Source of the DNA: Minisyncoccia bacterium
GTDB lineage: Bacteria > Patescibacteriota > Minisyncoccia > Phycocordibacterales > UBA9973
Assembly: GCA_049287305.1 (NCBI GenBank)
Contig: JBAQFO010000014.1
Coordinates: 453-64,452 of the forward strand
DNA: 64,000 bases
Direction of reading: 5' to 3'
Shown here: piece by piece, positions 63,931-64,000 of the stretch
Position numbering within the stretch: the stretch's first letter is position 1
Layout: each line of letters opens with the position of its first letter
Position numbers and translations under genes: made by a program
The notes under the pieces: generated by a model
Database searches by the model: none
The model's input: the letters and a program-made list of their open reading frames with translations, nothing else
What the model was told of the DNA's origin: nothing

Positions 63931-64000
63931 GTGGAATATAAAGCAGAAAAACAGACATGTCAGAATTGCAAAAAAGATTTCGTAATAGAACCGGAAGATT
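63931..64000 (+). CDS. 5' end of a third Cys-rich multi-zinc-ribbon paralog (partial; runs off the window).
   Basis: GTG start at 63931. It translates (V)EYKAEKQTCQNCKKDFVIEPED, matching the N-termini of the paralogs at 55496 and 57196. Confidence 0.5.
   Translation, partial: MEYKAEKQTCQNCKKDFVIEPED

Noticed and set aside
1-64000. A CRISPR array, rRNA genes, or a transposase/integrase associated with the accessory regions.
   Set aside because: Scanning found no direct-repeat/spacer periodicity, no rRNA-like conserved stretches and no DDE or tyrosine-recombinase motifs. The islands therefore lack an identifiable mobility gene within this window.

Overview
This 64 kb window is low-GC (about 38-40% by eye), gene-dense and mostly plus-strand coding. 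It has the hallmarks of a small-genome Candidate Phyla Radiation / Patescibacteria-type (Parcubacteria-like) bacterium.

The core is ordinary housekeeping:
- Translocation and metal transport: secA and an Nramp mntH.
- A murE-murD-murC peptidoglycan block, plus ddl and mltG.
- gyrA, clpB, typA and alaS.
- An rbfA-infB pair (minus strand) and rpsA.
- A conserved infA-rpmJ-rpsM-rpsK-rpsD-rpoA-rplQ cluster, followed by rplM-rpsI and then grpE and dnaK.
- Nine tRNAs, including a four-tRNA cluster.
- Several core proteins are N-terminally short (IF-2, MurE, AlaRS, L13), as is typical for CPR.

On top of this sit several accessory or anomalous regions:
1. An insertion at the 5' end of ddl (about 1.62-2.94 kb). 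It carries its own consensus promoter, a GC-rich 92-aa ORF, a duplicated and diverged copy of the ddl promoter and first 27 codons, and a small gene with a protein-kinase-like catalytic loop.
2. A GC-rich 57-aa Pro-rich CxxC...CxxC mini-ORF with consensus promoter, RBS and terminator between tRNA-Ala and mntH.
3. A tandem array of five TrbC/VirB2-like (T4SS-type) pilin genes at 21.7-24.1 kb, one of them an internal tandem fusion, with near-identical DNA segments between copies.
4. Immediately after the pilins, a sharply delimited high-GC (about 58-60%) three-gene minus-strand operon (two membrane proteins and a lipoprotein). It lies between a GC-rich bidirectional terminator and a 68-bp near-perfect palindrome, and looks like recently acquired foreign DNA.
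5. An ABC exporter translationally coupled to two tandem paralogous Cys-rich proteins of about 565 aa (about 38 Cys each, homologous N- and C-terminal double zinc ribbons). A third paralog starts at the window end, right after a VirD4/TraG-like coupling ATPase whose C-terminus carries a related zinc ribbon.
6. Smaller oddities: a 36-nt module inserted twice in-frame in a cysteine desulfurase, a MITE-like inverted-repeat element between murE and murD, a 600-bp structured non-coding region upstream of secA, and a partial tRNA-Cys duplicate.

No CRISPR array, rRNA or recognisable transposase was found. All calls rest on motif recognition by eye; no searches were run.
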